DNA of 64,000 bases from a virus (IMGVR_UViG_3300019867_000001:29244-93243), one strand, 5' to 3'. Shown: positions 48,484 through 59,515, numbered from the stretch's first letter. The notes: generated by a model not told the origin, from the letters alone. Made by a program: numbers and translations.

Positions 48484-49410
48484 TTACAATAAACTTAATA
48501 CCTTTCTAAATGTTCTATTCTTTAGCATCTCTCCCTTTCCAAACCATGCTGAATTAAGACGAGTATCTGCAGTATTACCCTTAATATGGTCTAAATAGCC
48601 CGTCATACCATTGACAACACCCCATAAAGTATTTTCTGCACCTGGAGCATATTTATAAACTTGCATAATATCTCTTATGGCTTTGTTATCTTTATAAAAG
48701 ATACTATAAACCTCTTCTTCTAACTCATCATTATTTAATAAAATTTGTGTATATATCTTTTGTGCTTCTGTTTCATTAATTCTATAACTTACTAATTTTA
48801 AGACATTTCCTTTAAATTCATCCCATTCATCTTCGATTAAACCCATTTCGAGTTTGACTTCAGTTTCGTTAAATTCATTGCCATGATGCACTTTAATTGC
48901 AGGCTCTTTATTATTAATTGCCATACCTAAAGTATTTTGACAAACTACTCTAACACTAGTATGTTTACATGTTGTAGACATACTTCCATCATATGATGTA
49001 GCTAATAAAATAAATTCATTAATTATATCTTTACCTTTTAAAATTAAAGATTGACCTGTTCGGACTAATGCCCAAACCTTACGGCCACCATCTAATGAAC
49101 CTGCAGTTTCAAATTTAAATTTATATTTAGTAATTAAATCGGAAAAGAAATTAATTATTTCACTTGGTTGTACTACTTTGTAGTTTTTACCTACAATTGA
49201 AAGTTCTTTATTTGTATCTTCACGATATAGAATAAAGAAATGCTTTGATTTTATAAATTTTCCATACATCACAGATTCTTTTATAACTTCAAAATTTAAA
49301 CCTGAATTTTGTTTCCATTCCTCAATTGTTGCATTATCAGGCATTACATATTCCAATCCATGCCAACTTGGTTGGCCAATTAATGCCATTCTCTCAACAT
49401 TTGCGCTCAT
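48484..49410 (-). CDS. hypothetical protein, possibly DUF932-like phage/plasmid protein
   Basis: 308 aa. LATSYDGSMSTTC...RVVCQNTL block. Weak recollection only. Confidence 0.3.
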   Translation of the reverse strand: MSANVERMALIGQPSWHGLEYVMPDNATIEEWKQNSGLNFEVIKESVMYGKFIKSKHFFILYREDTNKELSIVGKNYKVVQPSEIINFFSDLITKYKFKFETAGSLDGGRKVWALVRTGQSLILKGKDIINEFILLATSYDGSMSTTCKHTSVRVVCQNTLGMAINNKEPAIKVHHGNEFNETEVKLEMGLIEDEWDEFKGNVLKLVSYRINETEAQKIYTQILLNNDELEEEVYSIFYKDNKAIRDIMQVYKYAPGAENTLWGVVNGMTGYLDHIKGNTADTRLNSAWFGKGEMLKNRTFRKVLSLL

Positions 49411-49473
49411 ATAAACTCCAAATTACTTACATAAGAATTATTACTTTTGTAATTTCTAATGCTTTTTCTTTTG

Positions 49474-49788
49474 TCATTTAATAACATGATTTAATTCATT
49501 ACCAGCTTTTTCTAGTTCTAAACTTGCACTAAGTCTATTAGGTGAATTCCAATGTATTAAAAATTCTATTATAACATTTCTTAATTTTTTATCATTTAGC
49601 ATCCACCTAATTTGATTATCAAGAGATAATTCATATAATAATTTCATGTAATTGTATTTAGATTCTAAATTAGTATACTCAAACCTTATAGTATCAATTG
49701 CATTTATTAATTTTTTATTAGTTTGTGGATTAAATTCACTAATACTTAATAATTCATAACATGCTTGTTCTATATTAGATCGTGACAT
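49474..49788 (-). CDS. hypothetical protein
   Basis: 104-aa ORF. Confidence 0.25.
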   Translation of the reverse strand: MSRSNIEQACYELLSISEFNPQTNKKLINAIDTIRFEYTNLESKYNYMKLLYELSLDNQIRWMLNDKKLRNVIIEFLIHWNSPNRLSASLELEKAGNELNHVIK

Positions 49789-50018
49789 TATCTAAACTCC
49801 AATTCTAATCCTTTTATTTCAGCTTTCATAAATTGATGCCATTGATATTCTAATGTACCATCTATTTCTTTATTTTCTATATATAACTTTTTACCATTTA
49901 GAATTTTAATTTTAGCTTCCATTAAATACCAACCATTATCATTATAATGATTAATTTCTGTTTCTGAGAATACTTCTGTTAGGCGTTTCATCTTACAGGA
50001 CACACTCCAGTTGAACAA
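49788..50018 (-). CDS. hypothetical protein
   Basis: 76-aa ORF overlapping the RNR exon-2 end. Confidence 0.2.
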   Translation of the reverse strand: MFNWSVSCKMKRLTEVFSETEINHYNDNGWYLMEAKIKILNGKKLYIENKEIDGTLEYQWHQFMKAEIKGLELEFR

Positions 50019-50872
50019 TCATCTAATCCCTCAAACTCTGCATAGTTTAACATTGTAATTGGTTTTACTGTAGCAATAAGTTTATCATATTCTTCTTTAG
50101 TAATCTCTTCATATGGTGCTTGTGCAAATCCATGTTCTGAATGTAATAAAAATGATAAAGTTTTATAGTTATCTTTATAATGCGCTGTTAAATACTCTTT
50201 GATTTCTGGTAATTCTTCTTTTTTATAGTATACTGTACATGATACTGAATTATCACTCCAGAATTCTTGCAGCTTCTTGATTTCTTTTAATTGATCTATT
50301 GCTGTCATATCTTTAGCAAGTTTAGTCCCTTCAGGATACATAAAGGGAAATGTTACAACTACTGTATTATAATCTTCAGAACCATCAAAGTTCCGTTGGT
50401 ATTCTACGGGGTATCCATGTAATTTGCAAATATTAACGAGTTCATGTTCTGCTGATATACGAATACGTCTTAGCATATGTGATGAAAACCCTGGATGAAT
50501 TCCAGGCGAAACTCCTGGTAAAAGGGATAAGGAACCCGAGGGCTGTACCGTAGTCAATTTAATTGACTTGTTAAAACCGTGAAGTTCCGAATAACGCTTG
50601 TCGTAATCACGTATATGCTCATAACCTTCATTTAACCATGAAAGCTGCTCTTGTGATGCTTGCATAATTCCAGTTAATGAAATACCCATTCTTTGATTTT
50701 TCTTTACAATTGCCTCAGTTTCAGGATGATGACATGGTAGCTGAAGTGAATGTTTACTTATACGATAAAGTAGTGTTATAAGATCTATGAATTCTTCTTG
50801 ATTTGCTATATTTGGAAGAAATACAGTACTTAACGTACAAGTTTCCATTGGAGCTAAACTTTGTTCTGCACA
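49988..50872 (-). CDS. nrdJ: class II (B12-dependent) ribonucleotide reductase NrdJ, exon 2
   Basis: Begins …CAEQSLAPMETCTLSTVFL, i.e. the second half of the NPC(G/A)E radical-Cys motif plus the C(N/T)L motif. The first 14 codons of the ORF (to 50914) are intron sequence. Confidence 0.6.
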   Translation of the reverse strand, partial: CAEQSLAPMETCTLSTVFLPNIANQEEFIDLITLLYRISKHSLQLPCHHPETEAIVKKNQRMGISLTGIMQASQEQLSWLNEGYEHIRDYDKRYSELHGFNKSIKLTTVQPSGSLSLLPGVSPGIHPGFSSHMLRRIRISAEHELVNICKLHGYPVEYQRNFDGSEDYNTVVVTFPFMYPEGTKLAKDMTAIDQLKEIKKLQEFWSDNSVSCTVYYKKEELPEIKEYLTAHYKDNYKTLSFLLHSEHGFAQAPYEEITKEEYDKLIATVKPITMLNYAEFEGLDDCSTGVCPVR

Positions 50873-51130
50873 CTGCTTTGTTACTACAAAACACAAAATA
50901 CAAGTATTTTGCATTAAGTGGTATAGTCATTTCTGCTATACTCTATGCATCCCTGCATAGCACGGACTGTATCATATACCAAACTGAGGAATTTGGTACT
51001 CCTTGTCAGTCTCTAGCGCCTCTTGATTATAGGGACCATAATCAGAATTGCGTCGGGATTGTCTGTTCTAGAGTTTCCCCGATATTCGGATTTTCGAAAG
51101 AGATTACTCTCTTAAGCCCCAATGTTGTTT
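50873..51130 (-). mobile_element. group I intron (family B, ORF-less, about 258 nt) in nrdJ
   Basis: Splits the NP|CAEQ motif. Exon 1 ends …AAC CCU (U before the splice site). The intron ends in G. It contains GGGGAAAC (P4-like), GCUAGAGACUGACAAGG (R-like) and AUGAUACAGUCCG (S-like). Confidence 0.5.
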
Positions 51131-53293
51131 AGGGTTGTATCCCATAACTTCAGGATCTGGATATTCTATCTCTCCAAGTCTTCCAATTTCTCTCGAGAGG
51201 CGCAAGTTAACGATACCAATGGGTTCACCCTTATTCTGATAGGTATCCCAGAAGTATTCGTGAAGATTTGAAATGTCTTCACACACGACGGAATTATTTG
51301 ACATTGCCCTGTGAGAGGGCACGTGCGATAAATCAAATCTTTTAGCCAGTAGGCATTCGATATCGTCTTCGTCAAATAAAGCAAGTTGTGCTGAGTTATG
51401 GGTAAGATATCCTTCACAAAAGAACTCATTCATTGTCTCCACTTCAATGTCAAAAGTTTCGATAGAACGGCCTTTTTCAATACCTACAACTTTAACTGGA
51501 AGTAAGTCTGGATATTCACCAGTTAAATCTGTAAATTTGCGTATTGCTACTTCTCGATTATATCCTCCAGAATTTAAAGTAAATCCATGACTTGTTAACC
51601 AGCCTTGCAAGTAGGTATTTGTATAGCAATCACGAGTTCCTTTTCGCATTATTTTACAAAGTTGCGGTACTTTATGAAATACATCTTTAACATAATCATT
51701 TATAATATCTACTTCATATGTATCTTGTTTGTTAATTTCTTTACTTACGAATGGTCCAGCTAACCTAGTTTCTAATCCACATGAATAACACAATAATTGA
51801 ACAGATTTTGCGAATTCAGGATATATTGTAGTTACTAGTCTAACTGGTGTATGATTTCTGGAACCATCTGTATCAAATATACCTGCAAGATATGCTAATT
51901 TAATTTCTTGTTTGCTATTAATTATCCAATTTGGAATTATAATTGGTGTATTTGGTTGTTTTATGTACTTATAGAAGTATCTTGCAAGTTCTATTGAATG
52001 CGAGTTTATGCGTATTGATGCTTGTCTGTCATCATGCCTGGTCGAAACATTAAAACCAAAACGTTTAAACTGTTCTTCTGTAAATATTATTTCTTTTATA
52101 TCTTTATCATTAAATTCAATTGTAATATGCCCATTACTTTTACCTTCTTTGTGCAGATATACATACCCATTTCCATGAAATACTCCAATTAACCAAGCAA
52201 GATCTGCATCTAATACTGGTGTAATTTCAAGTCCTTCAGGTAATTGTGTTTCTGTACCTTCTATTGGAATTCTTGATGTAATTAATCTATCATCAATTTT
52301 AAGCTCTTGTGCTTCTTTCCATTTATACTCATCAACTCCAGTCATTACTGCCATTTTATGATTCGGTGTACATTCAAATGAACCGTCTTGTGTTTTAATG
52401 ATAATAGTTTCTTGAATGCCTTGTGCAAATTTATTTATTACCTTATGATAACCTTCAGATGTTAATACTTCTTCTCCTATTTCTATATCCTTAATAGTCG
52501 TAAGTCCTCCTTTATAAAATATTTTGGATGTTTGTGGTATACAACGTCTTACATTGCCCGCGACAATGACTTCACCAATTATATTCATCATATCTAAACA
52601 GTCAATTGGACGTACTTTTCTGCCTGCACGTTTAAGTAAAACGTTACTAATCTTGTTTATCCCTACAACTAAGGCTTCAGGGCCACTTGAAGTACCACCA
52701 AAACCCTTAATTGGTAATCCCTTTCCACGTACAACTTGTGTAGAATAAGTAAAGCTGCCTTTATCCTTCCTTTCTGAAAGAAAGGCTGCTTTAAGTGTCT
52801 TAGCAAGAAACCTAACCCAACCTTCTCTAGAGTCTGGTATAATAAAATCAGCACTGCCATTGTCTATTCTAGTTGGTATTTTAAACCAGTCTCTTACAGC
52901 AGGTATCTTATTGACATGTTCTCGTTGTATATTGTATCCAACTCCTGCGCCTAACGCTAACATATCCATTGTCCAAGTAAATGGCACAATGGGTTTATCA
53001 ACTACCGTAAATGCACAGTTCTGTAAACTAGCTAAACCAAACCTATTAACTGTATCAGTTCCAAGTTGCCACAGGAATCTGCCCGCAACAGAACCTTTAA
53101 GAGAAAGAAAATAATACCTGAGTCTTTCTTCTTCTTCTTTTGTAAATTTACAATTTAATTGTTGATTGCACGCAGTAATTACTCTTTCTATTGTTTCAGG
53201 AAACTCTTCAGTTCGATCAGACCCTTCTATTACACGACTATATGTTCGTTTATAAGTGATATATCCTATCGATGACCAAGGTGTATTAATCAT
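51131..53293 (-). CDS. nrdJ: class II ribonucleotide reductase NrdJ, exon 1 (contains intein)
   Basis: Exteins give …VIVAGNVRR|SAQLALFDEDD… and …EVMGYNP. The ORF's last 8 codons (KQHWGLRE) are intron-encoded. Confidence 0.6.
51395..52543 (-). mobile_element. intein with LAGLIDADG endonuclease in NrdJ (residues 251-633)
   Basis: N-terminal CIPQTSKIFYKGG. Block B TPNHKMAV. LAGLIDADG motifs LAWLIGVFHGNG and LAYLAGIFDTDGS. C-terminal …CEGYLTHN followed by extein Ser. Confidence 0.6.
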
Positions 53294-53443
53294 TTTTGGC
53301 CATTACCTCAAGTACTAACTGCTCAAATGTCCATATTCCAAGTGGATAAAAAATATCATCCTCTTTAGAATAAAGTTTAATTTGATTTCTTTCAGTATCT
53401 ATCAGGATACCATAATCACTTCCATCTTCTTTTTGAAATTCAA

Positions 53444-53668
53444 TCACGGTGCTCTCCATTGATTTGGCCAGGGTAAAGCGGGCATTTCAGCTTTAATATA
53501 ACAATTAGTACATAAGAAATGCCCATTTGTTGGATTCAAAGTTCCTTCTTCTGATAATACGTATTCTTCAGCTGTCATATCATTTTCGTAACCTGCATCT
53601 ACGTATTCTTGAAGTTCTGCTGGCTTCTTATTACAACCAGTACATATAAGTTGTTCAATTAAGCGCAT
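53444..53668 (-). CDS. small Cys-rich protein
   Basis: 74 aa. CTGC…C..C pairs. Confidence 0.25.
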   Translation of the reverse strand: MRLIEQLICTGCNKKPAELQEYVDAGYENDMTAEEYVLSEEGTLNPTNGHFLCTNCYIKAEMPALPWPNQWRAP

Positions 53669-53816
53669 CTGCTAAATCCTTCTGCAAAATCTATAGCTTT
53701 TTGAGCTATTACTTTATCAATATGATAACAATCAATTGAACTTTGTAATAAAACTTCTTGTTCATTTTTATCATTAAATACCATTGCATTTCTATTTGTA
53801 TATAATATGAAAGTTT

Positions 53817-55874
53817 TCATTGAATTCCAAAAGTATCTTTTACAGGAATAGCTTCAATAGCAAGTAGTCTACCAGTTGCATAGTCATACCAGACACCTTG
53901 AACTGGACCTGTTAGACCTGAAGTTCTTGCTTTTAAAACTGACATTTTAATTGTATTACGTTCTAATCCCTCTTCAGCTAACATATTTCGAGCAAATGCA
54001 ACTATATCAAAGCTAATTTGCTTAATTGAGCCAGATCCTTTTATATCATCAACACTAGGTAAACGACCTTCTTCAAATGACTTGCCACCACTTGGTGATT
54101 TACGTAAATGTGATACAAGACCAATCCATACTGGATACCTTTTGACTAGCCTTAGTAAATCATTCATTATTTTATCAATTGCAGTGTTTCCACTTAGTTC
54201 TTCTGCACCTTCAGATACAAGAATTGTTATGTGATCAACAAATATATACCTACAACCGACTAAACACATATATTCTAATTGATCTATTATACTACTATCC
54301 TTAATAGAACCTTGGTGATCTAGTAGTATAACACGATCATCATTAAAAACTTTGTCAAATCCAATTTTAAGGTCATCTATTGGAATTTCTTCATTTGATG
54401 GATTTCTAAGTATAGTCATTCCTGCAAGTTTTCGTGCATGTTCTGCAGGGGATTCTTCTAAACTGACAACTCCAATTTTATCTTTAGTAACAAGTAATAC
54501 ATGTAATTCAATTTCACGTATAATAGAACTTTTACCACTATTATGGGTAACTATAAAATTACCCAATACGAACCTGTTATTACCATCTGTACTAAAACCA
54601 TAAAAATTATCTTCTTCTAACCATTCAATTTCAAAAGAATACTGCGTATATAAATCTGATTTTGAGTATTTAAAAGCTTTTGATTTACATTTTTGTTCAT
54701 ATGGCAATAAATCATAATCTTTAAGTTTTATATCTATAATTTTATTATTTATAATTATAGAAATGATATGCGAACAATTACATATAAATCCTGTACCGTC
54801 TTGTAATTTAATATGGGCCATCTGTTCTCTTCCGCTAAATAATGAAAGAACAGTTCGAGGTGTACCATCATCACCCATAATACAATCATTTACTTTAATA
54901 TTTTCTATTAATTCTTTATCTCCATTCGCCATTAATACTTCAGTGCCTCTCCCAAAGCAACCTGTACCAGAAATAAATAAAGTTATTTCTCCTTCCCGCA
55001 TACCCTTAAGCTTGCCATTTAAACCTTCAAGGCATGCTGGATATGGTACTGGTATCACTTTATTTAATTCGGATAATTCTTTCCATAGCTGTTCTTTGCC
55101 AATAATACCTGCTGGTTGCCATGGTATAGCATCCCAGATTAGATATAGTAACTTTTCTGGACCTAATTGAGTTAGCACCTCACTTGCGTCTTTTAAGCTA
55201 GGCTTCCATATTTTAGCCTTATCAATACCAACGATTTTAAGTGCTCGTTGTGTTGCATCCTCTCCTGCCTTATCATTATCAAGACATAAGACTACTTCAT
55301 CAAATCCACGTATCCATTCTCGATGCTCTAAAAGAGATTTTGTCTCGGTTGCTGAAGATATTGAGATTACAGGATAAAATTGTTTATATTTCTCCCAATT
55401 AGCTTGACTTACAGCTAATGCATCAATTTCACCTTCAGTAATTACTAATCTCTTACCACCTGTACTGAATTTATTTAAGCCAAAGAGACCACCTGGTGTA
55501 CCAATCCAACTAAAGATTTTAGGTAGCTTGCGATGTTTATATCCTCCATTACTATAAGGATAATAATGATCAGTTATTATTCCATCTGTATCACATTTTA
55601 CCTTAACATCAAAAAATTCACAAACATGTTTCTCTATTTGTCGTTCTCTAAAGCCACGACTTTTTAATGCTTTAATACTATCAATTACATTAATATTAGG
55701 AAATGCTTTTAATTCTATTTTAATTTCTTCTGTTTCAACAGCTGTTTTATCAGCTTTAAAGTATGTTTTACAACTAAAACAATACGCTGTATTGTCTTCA
55801 TATATTTGCATCGCATCAGAACTACCACAGGTAGCGAGATAGCAAGCTTGATTTTTTAATTTAATCTGACTCAT
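53817..55874 (-). CDS. DNA primase-helicase (T7 gp4-like) with mini-intein in the P-loop
   Basis: N-terminal Zn-ribbon (CYLATCGS…CFSCK). Primase/TOPRIM-like region (EGEIDALAV…LDND). Helicase Walker A ISGTG|…|SGKSS once the intein is removed; this aligns with T7 TSGSGMGKST. Confidence 0.6.
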   Translation of the reverse strand: MSQIKLKNQACYLATCGSSDAMQIYEDNTAYCFSCKTYFKADKTAVETEEIKIELKAFPNINVIDSIKALKSRGFRERQIEKHVCEFFDVKVKCDTDGIITDHYYPYSNGGYKHRKLPKIFSWIGTPGGLFGLNKFSTGGKRLVITEGEIDALAVSQANWEKYKQFYPVISISSATETKSLLEHREWIRGFDEVVLCLDNDKAGEDATQRALKIVGIDKAKIWKPSLKDASEVLTQLGPEKLLYLIWDAIPWQPAGIIGKEQLWKELSELNKVIPVPYPACLEGLNGKLKGMREGEITLFISGTGCFGRGTEVLMANGDKELIENIKVNDCIMGDDGTPRTVLSLFSGREQMAHIKLQDGTGFICNCSHIISIIINNKIIDIKLKDYDLLPYEQKCKSKAFKYSKSDLYTQYSFEIEWLEEDNFYGFSTDGNNRFVLGNFIVTHNSGKSSIIREIELHVLLVTKDKIGVVSLEESPAEHARKLAGMTILRNPSNEEIPIDDLKIGFDKVFNDDRVILLDHQGSIKDSSIIDQLEYMCLVGCRYIFVDHITILVSEGAEELSGNTAIDKIMNDLLRLVKRYPVWIGLVSHLRKSPSGGKSFEEGRLPSVDDIKGSGSIKQISFDIVAFARNMLAEEGLERNTIKMSVLKARTSGLTGPVQGVWYDYATGRLLAIEAIPVKDTFGIQ
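54540..54959 (-). mobile_element. mini-intein (about 140 aa, no endonuclease domain) in helicase Walker A
   Basis: Residues 306-445: CFGRGTEVLMANG … FVLGNFIVTHN, followed by S. Confidence 0.5.
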
Positions 55875-56050
55875 TTTTTATTGCCTAAATTAGCAAAACC
55901 GGCTCCTAGTATTAAGGCTGTAATTCCTACTAGTAAAAAATCTTCCGTATTTAAAGGTGATTTACTTAATGCAGTAAAAGAACCCACACATAAAAGTGAC
56001 ATGCCTACTATTATAAGCAATGCTGATATCATTCCTAAAAATATCTTCAT
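55871..56050 (-). CDS. small membrane protein (59 aa)
   Basis: MKIFLGMISALLIIVGMSLLCVGSF…, preceded by AAAGGAG. Its stop overlaps the primase ATG (ATGA). Confidence 0.25.
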   Translation of the reverse strand: MKIFLGMISALLIIVGMSLLCVGSFTALSKSPLNTEDFLLVGITALILGAGFANLGNKK

Positions 56051-56153
56051 TCTACTCCTTTATTACATATTTCTGCTAGGAAGTCTCCATGACATCTGAG
56101 TGGTTTACACCAGCAGCCTAAACGTTTTCCTGTTAGTTGTGATTTTACTTGAG

Positions 56154-56759
56154 TTATAGTTTGCAATCTATATCTCCTTTGAAATTTACAGCTTTTAGCA
56201 TCATGCTTAAACGATCCTTATGTCTTTGTGTTATAGGTTCTTTAATAATCCATTTAATTCCATTGATTAATCGATTATACCAGATATCTTGATAAAATGA
56301 GCTTTGACAAATTATTAAAGACCATGTTTCTGCATATGAAAGTGTAGCTTTTGTTTTATATTGTTCTAATGCAATAAATTCAAAGTATTGTTTCCCAAGT
56401 CTTTTTACTCGAACTGATAATTCTTTACTGCTAGAAATATACCAAGGCCAGTTTAAATCTTTAGAAACTCGACGAGTTGTACCAGATTCTAATACTTTAC
56501 TTCTAAATTGTTTTTTTCCCAAATATAGCTTATTTGCTTCTACATCCCGTATAATATAAATAAAACCTATATATTCAGATATACCTAGTATTTCTGGAAA
56601 AATCCAATGACCGTTATTACGATACTTAGTAGGGTCCACTCGACTTCCATTTACGCCTTCAAGTGAGATTTTTTTAATTTTAAGCTTTTCATGGGAAGGA
56701 ACTATAGCTACTGTATTAATGAGATATGGAGGTAGTATAAATTTATTCTGTTCTTCCAT
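56154..56759 (-). CDS. GIY-YIG homing endonuclease
   Basis: YIGFIYIIRD…NKLYLGKK (GIY…YIG motif). Confidence 0.45.
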   Translation of the reverse strand: MEEQNKFILPPYLINTVAIVPSHEKLKIKKISLEGVNGSRVDPTKYRNNGHWIFPEILGISEYIGFIYIIRDVEANKLYLGKKQFRSKVLESGTTRRVSKDLNWPWYISSSKELSVRVKRLGKQYFEFIALEQYKTKATLSYAETWSLIICQSSFYQDIWYNRLINGIKWIIKEPITQRHKDRLSMMLKAVNFKGDIDCKL

Positions 56760-56761
56760 AG

Positions 56762-57130
56762 TTATCTTTCTCTATAAAATTTTCCATGAATTTCTTTAGC
56801 AATTTTATTATATGCATTACTTGCTTCTTCAGCAGTATTAAAAGCTTGTTGTGTATGAGTAGCAAGCCTAAGATTTTCAATTTTATTATTTAAACTATTT
56901 CCATCTATATGGTCTATTTCAAATCCAGTTGGAATCACTCCATTAGACATTTCCCAGATTATACGAGCGACTACATAATTTATATTGTTAAATCTTACTC
57001 TATAAAATAAATATTTTGCTTTAGTTTTATTTAGATAACCAGCTCTATCTCCTATTTTTATTCTATTACCTGACGGTATTTTGTTTTAATCGGTATATTA
57101 CAGGAATACCATTTTCTATTACAGTACTTG
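56762..57130 (-). pseudogene. decayed HNH-AP2 homing endonuclease remnant
   Basis: The 62-aa ORF retains EIDHIDGNSLNNKIENLRLATHTQQ, fused directly to the extreme AP2 C-terminus (EEASNAYNKIAKEIHGKF). N-terminal pieces lie upstream in other frames. Confidence 0.4.
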
Positions 57131-57171
57131 GCATTATAGTATCTAGATCTATACTTTTTGGAAACTCAAAA

Positions 57172-57636
57172 TCATCCATTCTTGATTCCTTTTAAAAATT
57201 CATAAACTTCTTTAAGCCATAAAGCATCATTTAATGCATGATGTTTACTTGATTTTTGCTTTGGTAATTTAGGATTACCTTTGAACTCTGCTAGTAATTT
57301 AAGGTCTTTAACGTATAAAGGCCAGTTAGTAGGAATATTTATCATTTTTCCATATAACTGGCAAAGTACTACCCAATCATATGAAGCGTAGTATGACCAA
57401 AATTCAGGTCTATCACCAATTATACGTTGAATATCTATTGCTATGTGTTCTCTAGGAATTTTTGGACCTTCAAGATTTGGAATTACATTTTGTTGTATCC
57501 ATTTATCTGTTGTAGTTAAATCGATTTCAGATGACTCAGCATAATAAGTTCTTTCATTTTCACATATTAAACCAATACTAATTAATTCAATTGTTTTACC
57601 GTTATCGATAAATTCTGTGTCGAAGAAAACTTTCAT
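57172..57636 (-). CDS. DnaQ-like 3'-5' exonuclease (DEDD family)
   Basis: Exo I-like VFFDTEF…, about 150 aa. Confidence 0.45.
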   Translation of the reverse strand: MKVFFDTEFIDNGKTIELISIGLICENERTYYAESSEIDLTTTDKWIQQNVIPNLEGPKIPREHIAIDIQRIIGDRPEFWSYYASYDWVVLCQLYGKMINIPTNWPLYVKDLKLLAEFKGNPKLPKQKSSKHHALNDALWLKEVYEFLKGIKNG

Positions 57637-57637
57637 T

Positions 57638-58153
57638 TTAGTCCTTTACGTGTAACTGCAAAGCTTTCTTATCATACGCTGCTTTTGCCTCCTTTATTGT
57701 ATCAAATAATCCTAAATCATTTTTTATTTTATTAACTATTATTTCTGCTTTATATTTTTTACCATACTTTCTAACACCTTTCACACCTAATTTGCTATTA
57801 CTTGGTGCTTTTGCATTTAAACGCTTTTCAGCTGGTGTTATAAGTTGTAAGTTTTCAATTGTATCATTTAAATTATTGCCATCAATATGATGTATTTGCT
57901 CTCCGAGTTTTATTGGTCCTTTGAACATAACATATATTACACGTGCCGTAGTGAAATATGTATCATTATATTTAAAATTTGAAAATAATTTTCCTTTAGG
58001 TAAAAATTCGCCTTTATGTTCTCCACCTAACCAATAAAGTCTATTATTAAAATAACCAAGAATGCTATGCCACTCTATGCTATTCAAAAGTAAATTATTT
58101 CTTTCTGTCCCTTCCTTTGTATTCATAATTTTTCTCTGAGTTGTAAATTTCAT
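57638..58153 (-). CDS. HNH-AP2 homing endonuclease (intact)
   Basis: IHHIDGNNLNDTIENLQLIT + GVKGVRKYGKKYKAEIIVNKIKNDLGLFDTIKEAKAAYD. Confidence 0.6.
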   Translation of the reverse strand: MKFTTQRKIMNTKEGTERNNLLLNSIEWHSILGYFNNRLYWLGGEHKGEFLPKGKLFSNFKYNDTYFTTARVIYVMFKGPIKLGEQIHHIDGNNLNDTIENLQLITPAEKRLNAKAPSNSKLGVKGVRKYGKKYKAEIIVNKIKNDLGLFDTIKEAKAAYDKKALQLHVKD

Positions 58154-58363
58154 TATAACAATTTTTATATTGTTTTAATAGCTTACTACAAATTCTAAAG
58201 TTTGAATTTGTATTTTAAATTAGAATACGTTGCAAGTTGTAACGGAGGCCTATCCCTGAAGTATCTCTCAGTACCTTGCAGCTACATTCCGGACGTTGGA
58301 ATCAGCTTGAAATTGCACACTTCAGGAGGCATACACATTTCTAATGTTTATGATATTTTATTC

Positions 58364-58570
58364 TTACCTCAATTTGAACGGTGAATCAGCATCAACTTTT
58401 TGTGGCTGTAGTGGCTTTTCAAATGTAACTAGTAAATAACACTTTAAAACGTTCTTTTCATGATAAGCTCCAACATGTCCATCTTTTGTTCTGTATGCTG
58501 GTAAAGGTAAGTATTCAGGTTGATCTTTTGCATAAATAAAATTTTGTTCTTTAAATGATATTGGTATCAT
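58364..58570 (-). CDS. hypothetical protein
   Basis: 68-aa ORF. Confidence 0.2.
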   Translation of the reverse strand: MIPISFKEQNFIYAKDQPEYLPLPAYRTKDGHVGAYHEKNVLKCYLLVTFEKPLQPQKVDADSPFKLR

Positions 58571-58808
58571 AATATTAAATTAAGTAATGTAAGTGCGAGT
58601 ATGACCATTATTAACGCTACAGTAATATTTGGCCAGTCAATACGCGGAGGCATTATTTCTCCTTTGTAAAAATTTCTCGCCAATGAATTAAAATCACTAA
58701 AACACCGCATATAGCCATAAAAGCAAAAAATGCGAGTATTCCAAAAATACTATTTTGATCAGCACAAGATATCATAATTAGCACTATAGTTAAAAGTTTG
58801 TTTCATAT

Positions 58809-58994
58809 TTAATACCTAGAAGATTGAACTACAACAGTACTCCAATCAGTATGCTCTAACTTCTTAATTGTTTCTCGTACTTCATTTTCAGATCCCCATT
58901 CACATGATGTCCAGAATATTGGTCCATTTTCTTCATCACGTATAACAGCCTTAAATTTTCTACGAAAGGTCATGATATCGATAAGCATATTCAA
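58809..58994 (-). CDS. hypothetical protein
   Basis: 61-aa ORF. Confidence 0.2.
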   Translation of the reverse strand: MNMLIDIMTFRRKFKAVIRDEENGPIFWTSCEWGSENEVRETIKKLEHTDWSTVVVQSSRY

Positions 58995-59194
58995 CCTCCT
59001 TATATAACTACTTTTCTACTAGTGATCACCAACTAGGTATTCCGCTTATTTCTTACAAGTACATTCTTCATACTCTGGCCAAGTGATATGAATTAATAAA
59101 AAATCCCAATCACCACAAAAATGCCATCCTTGATCTATTTCTTCTTTAATAAGTCTTTCGTTCTTATATTCAATTTCGTTATACCGTTCTTGTT

Positions 59195-59515
59195 TCATAT
59201 TACCTCCTCAAGTATTCTCCAGGTTGCTAATTTATTATCCTCAAATAATACTTCAACAGGAATTCCTACTAACTCTGATAATTTATTCTTTTTAGCTGAA
59301 ATTAATAAATTATTTACCCACATTATAGTTTCACCTAAAAATTTAATTCTCTCTTCTTTTGAGTATCCATTTGGTTCTGTATTTGAGAAAGCTTTATCAC
59401 TATTAACACCCCAATGCTCTGAATCGCTACCTAATTCATAAAAAATTCCAATTCTAGAATTATCTATAAACCCTAATTCTATTCTCTTAATTTTACCTAA
59501 TCTTTTATCTTTCAT
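59195..59515 (-). CDS. hypothetical protein
   Basis: 106-aa ORF. Confidence 0.25.
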   Translation of the reverse strand: MKDKRLGKIKRIELGFIDNSRIGIFYELGSDSEHWGVNSDKAFSNTEPNGYSKEERIKFLGETIMWVNNLLISAKKNKLSELVGIPVEVLFEDNKLATWRILEEVI

